DNA of 64,000 nucleotides from Octopus sinensis (lineage: Eukaryota): positions 176,948,001-177,012,000 of the forward strand of contig NC_042998.1 of the NCBI RefSeq assembly GCF_006345805.1, in the 5' to 3' direction. A program made the position numbers and the translations under genes. Every line of letters begins with the position of its first letter. Position 1 is the first letter of the stretch. Below, piece by piece: positions 25,205 to 39,560 of this stretch. Below the pieces are notes generated by a model. The model had not been told where the DNA came from. It worked only from the letters and a program-made list of their open reading frames with translations, and ran no database searches.

Positions 25205-25590
25205 GAGAGGAGCACTCCGTCGGTTACGACGATGAGGGTCCCGGCTGATACGATCAACGGAACAGCTTGCTCGTGGAATTAACGTGCAAGTGGCTGAGCA
25301 CTCCACAGACACGTGTACCCTTAACGTAGTTCTCGAGGAGATTCAGCGTGACACAGAGTGTGACAAGGCTGGCCCTTTGAAATACAGGTACAACAGAAAC
25401 AGGAAGAAAGAGTGAGAGAAAGTTGTGGTGAAAGAGTACAGCAGGATTCACCACCACCCCCTGCAGGAGCCTCGTGAAGCTTTAGGTGTTTTCGCTCAAT
25501 AAACACTCACAATGCCCGGTCTGGGAATCGAAACCGCGATCCTACGACCGCGAGTCCGCTGCCCTAACCACTGGGCCATTGCGCCTCCAC
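25205..25590 (-). mobile_element. SINE family C, copy 2
   Basis: TSD TACAACGAATGTA. Confidence 0.92.
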
Positions 25591-26878
25591 TACAACGAAT
25601 GTATTTGTTTACCAAAAGTCAAAGCTTGCAGTGTTGGTTCTAACTTCTGTAGAAGATCTATAGAGATAAACGTACATAGAAATAAGTACTGAGATCGAGA
25701 TTACTAACTTCATCCCACTCCACAACCCTACACATTTAGTGAAGTGTTGAGATAAAATGAGTACCAACTCGGTGCAATGAATTCATTGAGCCACCTACAC
25801 AAAAATTTACGGTATTGAATCTATGCAATAAATTATTATTATTTCGCGTGTGCATGCTAATTTAGTTAACGAGTAGTTTATATTGAAGTTTGGCGACAAG
25901 AAGTCTCCTCAAATCTAAACATTCTTTCTCAGGATTCTTGCAGCGTATAAGACGGTACTTTTCTGCAGGCCAGCAATGCAAGTTCAATTCCAATTTCTTT
26001 CAGTCTTTAAGGTAGCATTTTGGGTGTTGTCTTGGTCTTGCACAATCTCCTCTATCCTCTGGCTAGATCCTGAGAGTGCAGGTGTTATCAAGGGAGTATG
26101 GTGCCCTGATCGACGCAAGTGGACGTTCTAAATTTTAAACATTTTAATTAGTCTTCTTTATAGTACATTTTTTATTCATTAAGTGTAATTCCTGTCTAAT
26201 TATATAATGTAGAACGTCTTCCACTCCACCCATCGTTTTAGTGTAACTTCTCTGTCTCGTCATATATCTCTTCTAAGATCGCTGTTTACGTTTCTCTTAC
26301 CCAGTTTTCCCTTTTTCTTTCCAGTCTGTTCCAGAATTTACTCCGGTACGTGGAGCACAGTTTATTAGCATTATTGCTTAAGATGTTTCCAACTTTTTCT
26401 AATTATTTGCTGGCTACCCTAATCCGATCGCGTTTGTATCCAGATAATTACATGCTATGGATGAAAACCCCTGCATATACTTTCTACATTCATAGCGTGA
26501 ATACACATGATCCTTTCTAGGTCTGCTATCAAGATGCTTACTTTTGCGTTTGGTGGCATAGAAGAGGTCTGGAGATCTAGGGGCTTTTTGGTGGGCTATT
26601 TAGATTCGATATTTGCAATAAGAAATAACCCCATGAATTAAATCATGAAACAACTGCTAAAATTATCGACATAAAGGGATATGAGGGACTACGTTCAGAA
26701 TCTTTAGTTTATATTTCATTCATAATTTGACATATGGCGTTATTTCAAATCGTACGCATGGAATCCAGCTGCGGCACCTTTGGTTAATTTGTCTTGCAAA
26801 GTAACCGAACAAGTAACTTCTAACGATGAAGATAGCGCAGTTAAAAAAATAGCAGTAGAATATTTTTCATTACCTAAT

Positions 26879-26920
<42 letters not shown>

Positions 26921-27500
26921 CAGACAGACAGACAGAAGGAGAGGGTGCGGAAAGAGACGGGGGAGATGTACCAGTGAAGTGTAGCGTAATGTGTGACGTG
27001 GTTACTTGGTTAGCGATAAGCAAGTGGTTTGTGTTCCATTGGTGGATCTCACTTTTCCGTCACAAATAACACACACAAGTACACACACACACACGCCCCC
27101 ACCCCACACACACTCACACATGTGCGCGCGCCCACGCACGCACGTACATACCAACAAAGCACATATAAGAAACCTTAGTTTTTAAGTTTTATTTTCGGTT
27201 TTCATTACCTTGAATATATCTTGAATACATTGTATATACCATATAAGATATATGTTCAATATATTGAACACTCACACACACACACACGCACACGCACACG
27301 CCCCCCCCCCCCCCCCACACACATATGTATACAGGCAAATCAAAGATAAAAATAGGGGAAAAAAAGCAACAGTTAATTAGACTTACGCAGTGAATATATT
27401 AGATTGACGCCCAGTGAAAGTTTTAAATGGAAAAATAGGAGTGGAAATGACATTTCGAGCACGGGTTCTTCGTCGGTATGTGTGCATGTATGTATGAGTG

Positions 27501-27576
<76 letters not shown>

Positions 27577-27864
27577 TATGTGTGTGTGTATGTACAATAT
27601 ATAATCGTGCGTTGTGTACAGGGTTGTTTCTCCACAGCTAAAACTTTCGTACACTTGGTTATTAGCCAGACGTTCTTATCAGTGAGAGCCTCAAACTACT
27701 TCAGGAATACTGTTGAAAAGGGCTGACTAATCCTAAGCGTACGAAACCTTTAGGTCTGCGGAAATAGTCTTGTTAAAACAGACCTTTGCAAACGTCTAAC
27801 ACATGAGTACTTTGCATCTGTTCACAACACAAATTAATGATATACATATATATCTACCGTTCTA

Positions 27865-27905
<41 letters not shown>

Positions 27906-28063
27906 TAGACATATATATTTATATATATATTTAATTTCCTAACTCGTGTGCGAAACCGATTCGTAAAATCACCTGAAATTAATCTATTATACTGTATAGC
28001 CTAAACATCAATATACCCATTCTATTGACAAATTTACCTGTTTCTAGTTTATAGATTTTCCGA

Positions 28064-28130
<67 letters not shown>

Positions 28131-28135
28131 ATCAA

Positions 28136-28269
<134 letters not shown>

Positions 28270-28400
28270 CAGCCGAAATTTGCCATGATGAATCGGTTTC
28301 TGACTGAAGAATGAAGGCTCTGAATTATTGTCCGTTTTTCCGTGTTTGTCAATTCGTGAATTTCACGTCCTTTATATATAAGTTTTATTCTATATATATA

Positions 28401-28462
<62 letters not shown>

Positions 28463-28466
<4 letters not shown>

Positions 28467-28668
28467 AAAGTTTACGAAAAAAAAAAAAGAAACGAAGACA
28501 GGTGGTGTACAAAACAAACAGATGTATTAGTATAGCGCTCAGGAATAGAAAAAAGTCTTTTACGTTTCGAGCCTACGCTCTTCTACAGAAAGGTATACAG
28601 AAAAAAACAAGGAGAGAAACAAGGAGAGAAAAAAAATGTGTGTAGTGGCTAACGATCTATCATGGCGT
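28463..28668 (-). mobile_element. (TA)n-anchored short element with a minimal hammerhead-like motif (Penelope-like)
   Basis: Homologous to 46905-47087; contains CTGTAGA-AGAGC-GTAG-GCTC-GAAACGTA. Confidence 0.65.
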
Positions 28669-28724
28669 CTATACACACACACACATACACACACACACAC
28701 ACACACAAATATATATATATATAT

Positions 28725-29086
28725 CTTTTACTTGTTTCAGTCATTTGATTGCGGCCATGCTGGGGCACTGCATTGAAAGGTGTTTAGTTGAACAAATTGT
28801 TCCCAGGACTCATTTATCAGTTTCTTTTACTGAACCACAAATTACGGAGACATAAACACATGAACATTAAGCGTTGGCGGGGGGTAAACGCAAACACAAA
28901 GACACGGTCGCACACACACACATACGACAGGCTTCCTTCAGTTTCCGTCCACCAAATCTATTCACAAGGCTTTGGTCGGTCCGCGGCCATAGTAGAAGAG
29001 ACATGCCTAAGTTTTCACGCAGTGGGACTGAATCTGGAACCATATGGTTGCGAGGTAAGCTTCTTACCACACACACAGCCACGCCA
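28725..29086 (-). mobile_element. SINE family A
   Basis: Head and tail motifs present. Confidence 0.8.
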
Positions 29087-29090
29087 TATA

Positions 29091-29168
<78 letters not shown>

Positions 29169-29757
29169 TTCTGTACATGCCATCACAGCATGAACTCTCC
29201 AAACTCAGTGTTTATTATATACGTATAAACATATATAGCATGTGTGCGTTATGGTACTTGTTAGTAGAAAGGAGATGACCTACTTTTGAATAAATTATAT
29301 GGCTAAGTCTATTTTATGATAAGTGAAATCCTGCGATTTATATTTTATTTGTGTATAATATACACAAGACAACAGCTATAAATGCAAATCTAAACAATAT
29401 ACTGAAAATAAGCGCGAGAAACAGACATGTTATAAAATCTTTGTTTCATTTAATGGAGGCGAAAAATATATACGGTTATATATTTTTTTTTCCAACTCGA
29501 AATGCTTTAAAATCGGACGGTTCTCGCTTTAAACACACACTCAGACACACACACTCATACATATACAAACATACACATGCGCAGCCATATACAGACATAC
29601 AAACATGCATACATACTCATTTGTACAAACAGTGGAAGCCGCTTATTGATATCACTTTAAGACGCAGCTATTCAGATAACAATAACTGTGTGATGTGATA
29701 ATATTATCCATTATGATATGCATCTTACGTTGCACGCTCGCACGCACACACATATAA

Positions 29758-29794
<37 letters not shown>

Positions 29795-29797
29795 GAC

Positions 29798-29830
<33 letters not shown>

Positions 29831-30792
29831 GGGAGAAAGAGATTCGTACATACATATATACATAGAAATTCATATACAATTGCTTGTTATAAAGAAAATG
29901 TGTTTTAACATGAAAGGTATATTTTCACATTCACAGAAATAGCTGATGCTGGAAGATAATTAGCTGAGTACACAGTGAGAAGTAGATAAGAGATTAGATT
30001 AGGATTCAGTTTATTTCTGTATTTACACACTCAGTAGGTTACTGGTCACGGTAAAAAGGTTACAGACTGTAAAGGAAAACTGTCAATAAAACACGAACAT
30101 TCCTTCCAGAAACGAAAATACAAATTCATAAGTCAGTCGTTTAGTAAAGTATCCGAGGTCACTAGGTTTAGAGAAATGTTGGTGTGGGATTCTTCCAGTA
30201 AACACGAGCCAGGGCGATTGTACCAATTCACATTTCGAGTACTTAAGAGACGTGTGTAATACTAATTTTTCACAGACTTTGGAATGCTTTCAACATTTAG
30301 AGAGGTTAATAATATATCGATAGGTAAGAGAGTTCACAGGTTTAAATTAATTCGTTTTACTATTGGCATAAGGGCTGAACTTTTAGGAGCAGGGTTGGTG
30401 GTGGTGATAGTGCTGGTGCTGGGGTATGTTAGTCGATTTTATTGACACCAGTTCTTCACTGACGCTTCATTGACCCTGAACAGATGAAAAGCACAGTCGT
30501 TCTCGGAGGAATTTGAACTCACAACATAAAGGCGGACGAAATGCCGCTAAGCGTTTTGTCCGGCGTGTTAACGTTTCTGCTAGCTCGACGTTTTACAGAT
30601 TAAAATTAATTCTTTCTACTCCACGTACAAGGCCTGAAAGTTCTGGAGAAGGGGTACGTCGATTAGACTGCCCCCGGCGCTCAACTGGTAATTATTTCAT
30701 CGACCCTAGGAGGATGAAAAGCTAAGTCGACTTCGGCGGAGTTTGAACTCAGAACGCAAAACCCAAAGAAATGCCACTAAGCAATTTTCCCC

Positions 30793-31187
30793 CTTTCTAC
30801 TATAGGCACAAGGCCTGGAATCTGGGGGAAGGAGATGAGTCGATTATATCGACCCCAGTGTTTCACTGGTACTCAATTTATCGACCGCGAAAGGATGAAA
30901 GCAAAGTCGACCTCGGCGAAATATGTACTCAGAACGTAGCGACAGACGAAATACCTATTTCTTTACTTCCCACAAGAGGCTAAACACACAGAGGACAAAC
31001 AAGGACAGACAAACGGATTAAGTCGATTATATCGACCCAGTGCGTAACTGGTACTTAATTTACCGACCCCGAAAGGATGAAAGGTAAAGTCGACCTCGGC
31101 GGAATTTGAACTCTGAACGTAGCGGCAGACGAAATACCGCTAAGTATTTCATCCGGTGCGCTAACGATTCTGCCAGCTCGCCGCCTT
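30793..31187 (-). mobile_element. Dimeric SINE B nested in an older SINE B (about 30611-31235)
   Basis: Two core units; flanking duplication ACTAA(G/A)CAATTTT. Confidence 0.75.
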
Positions 31188-32107
31188 ACTAAACAATTTT
31201 TTCCGATGTGCTAATGTTCCTGCCAGATCGCCTTAAAATTAATTATTACTAATTAAAACCTGTAAAGTGGAGAACTGGCAGAATCGCTAAAGCGACAGAA
31301 AAAATACTAGATTGTTATTTCTTCCGACTCAGTAAGATCCGAGTCCAAATTCTACCGGAGATCTAACTTTAACTTTCATCCCTCAGAGTCAACAAATAAA
31401 GAACCACTCAACTACTGAGGTCGATGTTATCCACTATACCCTTTTTCTAAAATTACTGGTATTGTGCCAAAATTTGGAGCAATTACTGTTTCCCTGTCAT
31501 AACAAGAGTAATCTTCGTCCTTTCTATCGCTGTTAAATTGCACTCAGTTGATACTCTTCACATGTGTAACAGCTTCAGCTAAACTTTTTCACATATTCCT
31601 CGTCGTTCCATAATCCCTACTGTGAATTATTTTCTCTCAGTAAGAACTTTACAGAAATTTCTTTCTTCGGTACTATTTCTTCTAAAACTTTCTTATGCTC
31701 CTTATTTTTCTCCCAACTGCTGACATTGTTGAGTTTAGATTAAACACTAATTTGACCCAGTTGTCTGTATCCAGTAACATAAAGGGAAAAAGAGAGAGAA
31801 AGGGAGAGAAGGAGTGTGGGGTGGAAGGTTAAGAGTAATATGTAGGCAACGCTTTCCATATGCAGACGAAATAGTCATTTCTAAAACAGCACAAAACTAG
31901 AAATTTAAGAGGTGGGAAACTGTTGATTATATAGATTCTCAGTACTTTATTGGTGCTTTATTATATCGCTTCAAAAAGGAAGAAAAGAAAAACTGACCTC
32001 AGCAGGATTTGAACCTGGAGCATAAAAAAATGGAAAGAATAAGATATTTTGTCCTACATTCAAACGATTCAGCCGCTCTATCGACCTTTCAATAATTTCA
32101 GAGAGAA

Positions 32108-32147
<40 letters not shown>

Positions 32148-33227
32148 TCGCCTCTTATCAGCCTAAGTCTTCATAGAAATAGAAATATTAATATTTCTAA
32201 GTCTCTCTAAAGGAGACAACGGCAGCGATACTGGATATTAATAGTTATCGCCAATCTAATATGGCAGTCCAGCATTCGTCCTATATTTCTGGACTGCCAC
32301 ATTAGCTTGGCGATAACTATTAATATCTTCATAGAAAGCTTCTTGAAGATATTAACTCTTGGAGTTATTAAAATTAATAGAATCATCTTTTATAGTTTCA
32401 TTGACATCTGTGATGCTTCCTAGGAATGTGCAATCGACTACTTTATTTGACAAGTAGTTTCAGAGATGTTACAGGTGGGGTAGTGAGACAGTTATCTCTG
32501 GGTGCAGGAGTGAAGGGACGTGAAATTTCCTTAACCGTTAATACCTGTTGATTAACGTAAAGAGGGACTTCAAAAGTAGGATGAGAAGTAAAGTTGACAC
32601 TGGTAAAATTTGAATTCAGAACATTAAGAACCGTATCTAAATATCACAGAATTTTTACACGACGTCTAAATAACAGCACAAAGCGTCTAATGGTGATATT
32701 CTTGTGACTTACCTTTATATTTTGAGCCTCTCGCTGAAGTTAACTTTGCTTTTCTTTTCCCCAGGGTCGACAGAATAAAGTACCAGTCAATTAGTGTGAT
32801 TGATATATCAACTGATCTTTATAGATCACTCTTAAAATGATTGGAGTTCTGCCTATGTCAGAAACCGTTATCAGATTAGTCAGACATCTCAGAAATGTTA
32901 ACCACCTAAAGATACATCTATATCTGCTATAATGGCAAAAGAATTTTTTGATTAATTATGCTCTGGTTAATTTAATTAAAATTGATTTTTGTTATTGCTA
33001 TTTCAGTTAACTTTAAGGCTATTAGTTTGACAGCCAACCTAACCAATTTCTTTTTCATCGCTAGAAATTAACACCGATCAGTCAATAAGGGAGGCTCTAC
33101 TTGATCACATGACTTAATAGAAATAGCAGTCATTTTTCTCCTCTGCTTTCACATGAAATTACATACGCAGTCATCGAAAAAAAAAAAACAAAAAAAAAAA
33201 CAGACATCGAAGAATCCTAGATATATC

Positions 33228-33405
33228 TAGGTGTGGCTGTGTAGTTAAGAAGTTTACTTTCCCAACCATATGGCCTTGGGTTCAGTCACACTGTGCGGTA
33301 GCTTGGGCAAGTGTCTTCTGCTATTACCTTTTCTATTGCAGCCCCAGGCCGACCAAGTCATTGTGAGTGGTTTCGGTAGACGGCAGCTGAAAGAAGTCTG
33401 TCGTG
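33228..33405 (+). mobile_element. SINE family A, 5' half
   Basis: Head motif followed by a microsatellite holding Helitron-like inserts. Confidence 0.7.
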
Positions 33406-33447
33406 TGTGTGTGTGTGTATGTATAAGTATATGTATATATATATGTA

Positions 33448-33505
<58 letters not shown>

Positions 33506-33908
33506 ACTAGCAGTATCGCCCGGCGTTGCTCGGGTTTGTAAGGGAAATAACTATATATGCATTTTTAGAGATGTAAAGTATAATAGCCATCTCAATATGG
33601 CTAACCACAAAGGGGGGTGGGGTGTTACTGTAGCTTTTTACGTTCTGAGATTTAATAATAAATTTTTAGAGAGTTCTTTCCCTTATATATGCCAAAAATG
33701 CATTAAAAATGGGAAAAATTGATTGTAATTTTTTTTTTGAAATCGTAGACTCATCGTAGACGTGCGCTAATACCCAGAAGGGCTCGATATGAATCACGAC
33801 TATAAGATACCCGGTTTTGGTTAAACTGCACCGCAAAATGTGGGAGTAGTTAGGAATCTAAATCATAGGAGACAGACAGCACACAACCTCACTTTTATAT
33901 ATAAAGAT
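33506..33908 (+). mobile_element. Helitron-like non-autonomous element
   Basis: 5' end ACTAGCAGTATCGCCCGGCGTTGCTCGGG; embedded in (TA)n. Confidence 0.65.
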
Positions 33909-33923
33909 ATATATATATATATA

Positions 33924-34307
33924 TATCTCTATATAAACAGCAGTTTGTCTGTGCGTGTTTCTGTGTGTCTGTTTGCTTGTACCCTCACCCTGACCACGGC
34001 TTTCAACCGATTCTGATGAAACTTGACACACACATAGCCCAATGTCATAATTCAAAACTAACGCAGCGAAAATTTTGTAAAGTTCCCCCAGTTCTGAAAA
34101 AGATCGATAAATTCGACATGGGGTCGAGAATCAGAAACACAAACAGCAAACTGTCTAGGGGACGCAACTCCACCTTTTTTAACTCTCAAAAAAAATTTAC
34201 CATCATTTTTTTTCCATTTTTTGGCTATTTTTTGGCTATAACTCTCTAAAAATGCTTTATAGTTATTTCCCTTACAAACCTGAGCAACGCCGGGCGATAC
34301 TGCTAGT
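33924..34307 (-). mobile_element. Helitron-like non-autonomous element, tail-to-tail with the previous one
   Basis: 5' end like the 33506 copy; 3' half like the 24052 copy. Confidence 0.65.
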
Positions 34308-35185
34308 ATATATATATATACACGCACACATACATATGTGTGTCTATGTGTGTTTGTGTTTGTGTTGTGCTTGTCCTGTTTGACAAGACAAATGACTGAC
34401 AAGAAGAGTGACCATAAGACGGCACAACAATAACAGCAATGACAACAACACCAACACCAATAGCAATGACAACAACGAAGAACAATAGAGTGATGAAGAC
34501 AACAACAAATACAAGAATGAAAGCCGTGCCAAGAAGTTTGAACAATCGCAACAACATTGGAAGAAAAGAAAATTTTAAAAAAATAGCAACAGCCACGACG
34601 TTAAAGCAAATACAGAAGAAAAAGTCACTTGAATGACGTGTCGAAGCGAAATCAAACAAAACCAAATAGATTTTGGAATGATTGGAGACAGTCAAGATCA
34701 TTGCGATTATCTGATCAGATAAATTAGTGATAATCAAGAAAATAGATTTACCGTTCAAAACATACAATGGCAGCACGTACACACTCACATATGCATTCAT
34801 GCGCACATACACACACACTCACACGCACGCTCTCCGTCACAAAAGCTTGTACACAACTGTACACATCTCTGTCTCTGTCTCACTCTTTTTCTCTTTTCCT
34901 TTCTCTCTCTTTCTCCCTCCTCTCTCTCTCTCTCTTTCTTTTTGTCTGTCGTACGTGCATACAGACATACGTGTGTATGCACGCATTCATCAACAAGTTC
35001 ATAGATATGTAGGTTATAAAAATACTTTGAACTACGATTCAATTTTTGATCTGTAATATTGTCATCAATAAGATGCATGCATACATGCATGCATATATAC
35101 ATACACACATACATACATACATGCATACATACATACATACATACATACATACATACATACATACATACATACATACAAAAATTAT

Positions 35186-35217
<32 letters not shown>

Positions 35218-35377
35218 CGAGAACAGTTGGTATGGATTTATCATATCTATATATACTAATATATACATAATATATATATATATATGTATATATATACATA
35301 CACATACACACATACATTTACCTATATATAAGTGTCTATGTATGTCTGCCTGCCTGTCTGCCTTCTGCCTGTTTGTG

Positions 35378-35422
<45 letters not shown>

Positions 35423-36050
35423 CATACGTTTACCTATATATGTCTATCTATGTCTGCCTGCCTGTTTGTGTGTGTATGTATGTATATAGTATGTATATAT
35501 ATGTGTGTGTGTTTGTGGGCGCGTGTGTGTCTGTGTGTATCTGAGTGTATGTCTGTGTATATGTATCTCTATATAAATTCTTGATCTATAATATTGTCGT
35601 TAATATAACACATGCAAACATGTCTGCCTTCATACATTCATATGTGTATATAACCCATACACGCACATGCACTAATTCAACACAAACGTAGTTATATAGG
35701 CTATATAAATACTTTTGAACTGCTGTTAAATAATTTTTCGACATTGTTATCGATATAAAATATATCGCATATATACACACACATACATAATCTAACACAT
35801 ACAGATGTATATATATATACATAAATACACACACATACATAAACACACACTCACACACACATATATAGACACACGCATACTCATATAAGTACAATGCATA
35901 TTTCTTGGTCTTTGATTGTAGTTATGATCAGTTACAAGATCTAACACAATACTATGTAGTGCTCGAGTTCATTACATTCTATTACATTCTGTTACACATA
36001 AACCATGTTTCTTGTCTGAGCATACATACATACATACATACATACATACA

Positions 36051-36391
36051 TGATGGCTGCTCCCTCATTATCGAGTATGGCCATTGCATGAAGCTTAACT
36101 GTTATTGGTGCTGTGATCAAGTGTGACTTTTTAGCCCAGCTAAATATCTACAATGTCTTGTACAGAATTGGCAGCTAAAACCTTTATCAGCAATAGCCGG
36201 CTGTAGTTGTAACTGGGCTTTATGTACTTTTGCATGTCGTTTAAGTCCTCCTGTCGAATTACACTCTCTTCCACATGCCCGACAGATATGATTAGTATGG
36301 TGTGTAACACCACCACCAGTGACCAGGTTGCCAATCATCTGTTTCGCTTTATGACTACGAAGACGACTCTTGAGTCCAGCTTTACTGAGGC

Positions 36392-36394
<3 letters not shown>
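36051..36394 (-). mobile_element. RTE/BovB-like LINE 3' end with three C2H2-like fingers
   Basis: SKAGLKSRLRSH / CRACGRECNSTGGLKRHAKVH / CQFCTRHCRYLAGLKSH; (ATGT)n tail. Confidence 0.72.
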
Positions 36395-36423
<29 letters not shown>

Positions 36424-36425
36424 CA

Positions 36426-36455
<30 letters not shown>

Positions 36456-36456
<1 letters not shown>

Positions 36457-37865
36457 GTCAGGCTGAGAAAAATATGGCAGTCGGAACTCTCCTCTTACAA
36501 GACAATATCACACAATACATTTTTAGTACCAGCCTTATTCCAACATTTAGGATACTTTACCGGTCTGTAGAAGAAATCCACTCCATAGACGTTAAAACCC
36601 GCAAGATACTGACATCAACTTGGAATCTCTACAAGAATAGTAATATTGATAGACTTCACTCAAGAAAAGATGAAGGAGGTAGAGGCTTGAGATCAGTGCA
36701 GACAGCTTTCGAATATCATATAGTCTCTCTCAGCACTTTCTAAGCAGCAACAGAAATTATAGATACATTATTTTCATATCCTATGTGTCGGCCGCGAGCT
36801 CCTTATGAATCACTCTCTTCCTGATGACCTTCCATACAACTCCATAGCAACCAGATTAACGCACCACAAAGAAGAGTCGGATATGAAGCGCTATTCATGG
36901 TTGTTTCCTGAAGGCTAGAAGAGACAGTAATATCCTTTTCTACTCTAGGCACAGGGCCCAAAATTCTGGGGGAGGGGGTCCAGTCGATTAGATCGACCGC
37001 AGTACGCAACTGGTACTTAGTTTATCGATCTCCGAAAGGATGAAAGGCAAAATCGATCTCGGCAGAATTTGAACGCAGAACGTAGCGGCAGACGAAATAC
37101 CTATTTCTTTACTACCCACAAGGGGCTAAGCACAGAGAGGACAAACAAGGACAGACAAACGGATTAAGTCGATTATATCGACCCCAGTACGTAACTAGTA
37201 CTTATTTAATCGACCCCGAAAGGATGAAAGGCAAAGTCGACCTCGGCGGAATTTGAACTCAGAACGTAGCAGCAGACGAAATACCGCTAAGCATTTCGCC
37301 CGGTGCACTAACGATTCTGCCAGCTCGACACCTTAAGAGATAGTAATATCGACATGAAGTACAGCCTCTCTTGTACTCGTGACCGCTACATCACTTTACT
37401 CTTCGAAGGCGATGCATTTGCAATTCATGAAAAGGAAATTGCTACAAAATACCTAATAAACAAAAGAGACAGTAAAGCCCTTGAAGCTTCAAGATGCATC
37501 CGAAAATGTAGGTTATGCTATATTTCTGTGGGGGACATCACAAATGGGATTAGCAGCCGCCCAAAAATGTCATCAAGGCACACTACTCTCTTATGCGCCA
37601 CGACATAGTCGCAAAAGCAATATATAATGCCATCCGGAAAAGAAAGACTATCCTTATCCCCCGTTATTGGATACGTACACAACCATCAACACAAGGAATA
37701 CCGGTGGAACATTCCCATCAAAAGATCCGTCAAGTGCAAATATAACAAGCCGAATATTGTTGTTTGGGAGAGACAAGAAAAAGTACGTACCTTCATAGAG
37801 GTCATCTGCCCTGCTGATGTGAATATTTCTTTGAAAATCAAGGAGAAAGAGGATAACCAGTCAAA
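36456..37865 (+). mobile_element. R4-like RLE retrotransposon fragment (RT C-terminus, CCHC, endonuclease), SINE-interrupted
   Basis: IDVKTRKIL..IDRLHSRKDEGGRGL..KCRLC..RHDIVAK..NKPNIVVW..IEVICPAD. Starts directly after (CATA)n. Confidence 0.85.
36935..37334 (-). mobile_element. Dimeric SINE B
   Basis: 16-bp TSD AAGAGAYAGTAATATC around both units. Confidence 0.88.
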
Positions 37866-38239
37866 ATGATGTCCAAATGAAAAAGAGAAATACTCACACA
37901 CACACAATTACTATAGAGATTAGGATTTAAATTCCAATCTATGAAAAATTTCCGTTCTACAATATTCTAAAAGGATCGAATGATTATCCAAAAATTCATG
38001 CTAATACAAACGAGCCTGGTAGGTGTAAAAGACTAACTGGCATCTCTTGTCAAGAGTACTGGCGACAGTCACATCGCTAATGTTTGTTGTGCACTCCGCT
38101 GTCTTTATTTGATTGCTGTTATTCTGTGCGTCTACGTGAAAAGATCAGTTGTGTTTTGCAGGGTTGTTTTATTTTTACCCTTAACTTAAAAATAGAGAAA
38201 GACATAGTGATAGATATAAAAAAATATAAGTCATTTGGG

Positions 38240-38403
38240 TACTAGCATAACTAGTTTGTGTGCCGCCGCCGGACCCCACAAAAAAAACAAAAAAAAAACA
38301 AACAGATATTGCCTACAGCAGACCAAAAAAGTGCCGCCCCTTTAGAATTTGCGCCTGGGGAGGACCCTCCCCACCTGCCGCCACCCCTGTAGCTACGCTA
38401 GTG
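38240..38403. mobile_element. hAT-like MITE
   Basis: Imperfect TIRs TACTAGCATAACTA / TAGCTACGCTAGTG; TSD CATT(T/A)GGG. Confidence 0.6.
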
Positions 38404-38580
38404 CATTAGGGGCTAGAAATAAAGCGAAAAAACGTGATATTCTTCGAGCAGGCATGTGTCTGATGCGAAATCTGGGATGAACCCGAGTGATGCAGATGAC
38501 CTGGAGTCGCCTCTGATATATATATATATATAAATAAAAACTTGGAGAAGAGAAATAACGCGTGTGTTCGGTCATATAGT

Positions 38581-38674
38581 ATATAATAAATAAATAAAAT
38601 ATATGCATATATACATATATGTACATACTACATCTACATGTATATATACATGCATATATATATATATATATATA

Positions 38675-38712
<38 letters not shown>

Positions 38713-38976
38713 TACAGGACACCACAAATAAACGTAGAACACGAGAGACGAGAACATAAAATCAAACAAGGAAACGGACTTTTTTTAAACAACGAAAAAA
38801 GTCCGTTTCCTTGTTGATTTTATGTTCTCGTCTCTCGTTGTGTTCTACTTTTATTTGTGGTGTCCTGTAATCATATATGCATGTATATATATATTATATA
38901 TATGCATGTATATATGCATGTAGATATAAGTATGTACATATATGTATGTACATATGGATATATTTTATTTATTTAT

Positions 38977-38982
<6 letters not shown>
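38581..38982. repeat. ~400-bp imperfect foldback palindrome
   Basis: The arms mirror around about 38790, including the low-complexity parts. Confidence 0.88.
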
Positions 38983-39034
<52 letters not shown>

Positions 39035-39110
39035 GTATATATGATAAATTTCTCAAGGAACACGGTAACCGCCAGGATAATATATCGATTTAAACTCATT
39101 ATATATATAT

Positions 39111-39143
<33 letters not shown>

Positions 39144-39560
39144 GTATACATGTATGTATGTATGTATGTGTGTGTGTATATAAACACACACATGTATTCA
39201 AATTCCGCCGAAGTGGACTTTGCTCCTTATCCTTTCGGAGGCGATAAAACCAGTACCAGTTGAGCACTGGGTCGATGTAATCGACTTACCCCCACCCCTG
39301 AACATACTGGCCTTGAATCAAAATTTGAAACATACACTCGCTCATACACACACATACACACACACGCACAAGCACCCACATGCGCGCGCACACACACAAT
39401 GCTGTCGGTTTCAAAGCTTTGATACAAAACTGTGAAGCTGGCATAAAAATATAGTTAAACTGTACGTACTCTAATCAGTAGTTAATTTTTGTCCATGCAT
39501 GTATACATACATACATACATGCATGCATACAAACATCCATCCATCCCTACATGCATACAT

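Noticed and set aside
27720-27760. Hammerhead-like CTGACTA..GAAACCTTTAGGTC
   Set aside because: Stem III is good, but the core is mutated and stems I and II do not pair.
36117-36338. Host C2H2 zinc-finger gene
   Set aside because: No TGEKP linkers, degenerate residues, 5' truncation and a retroposon-like tail.
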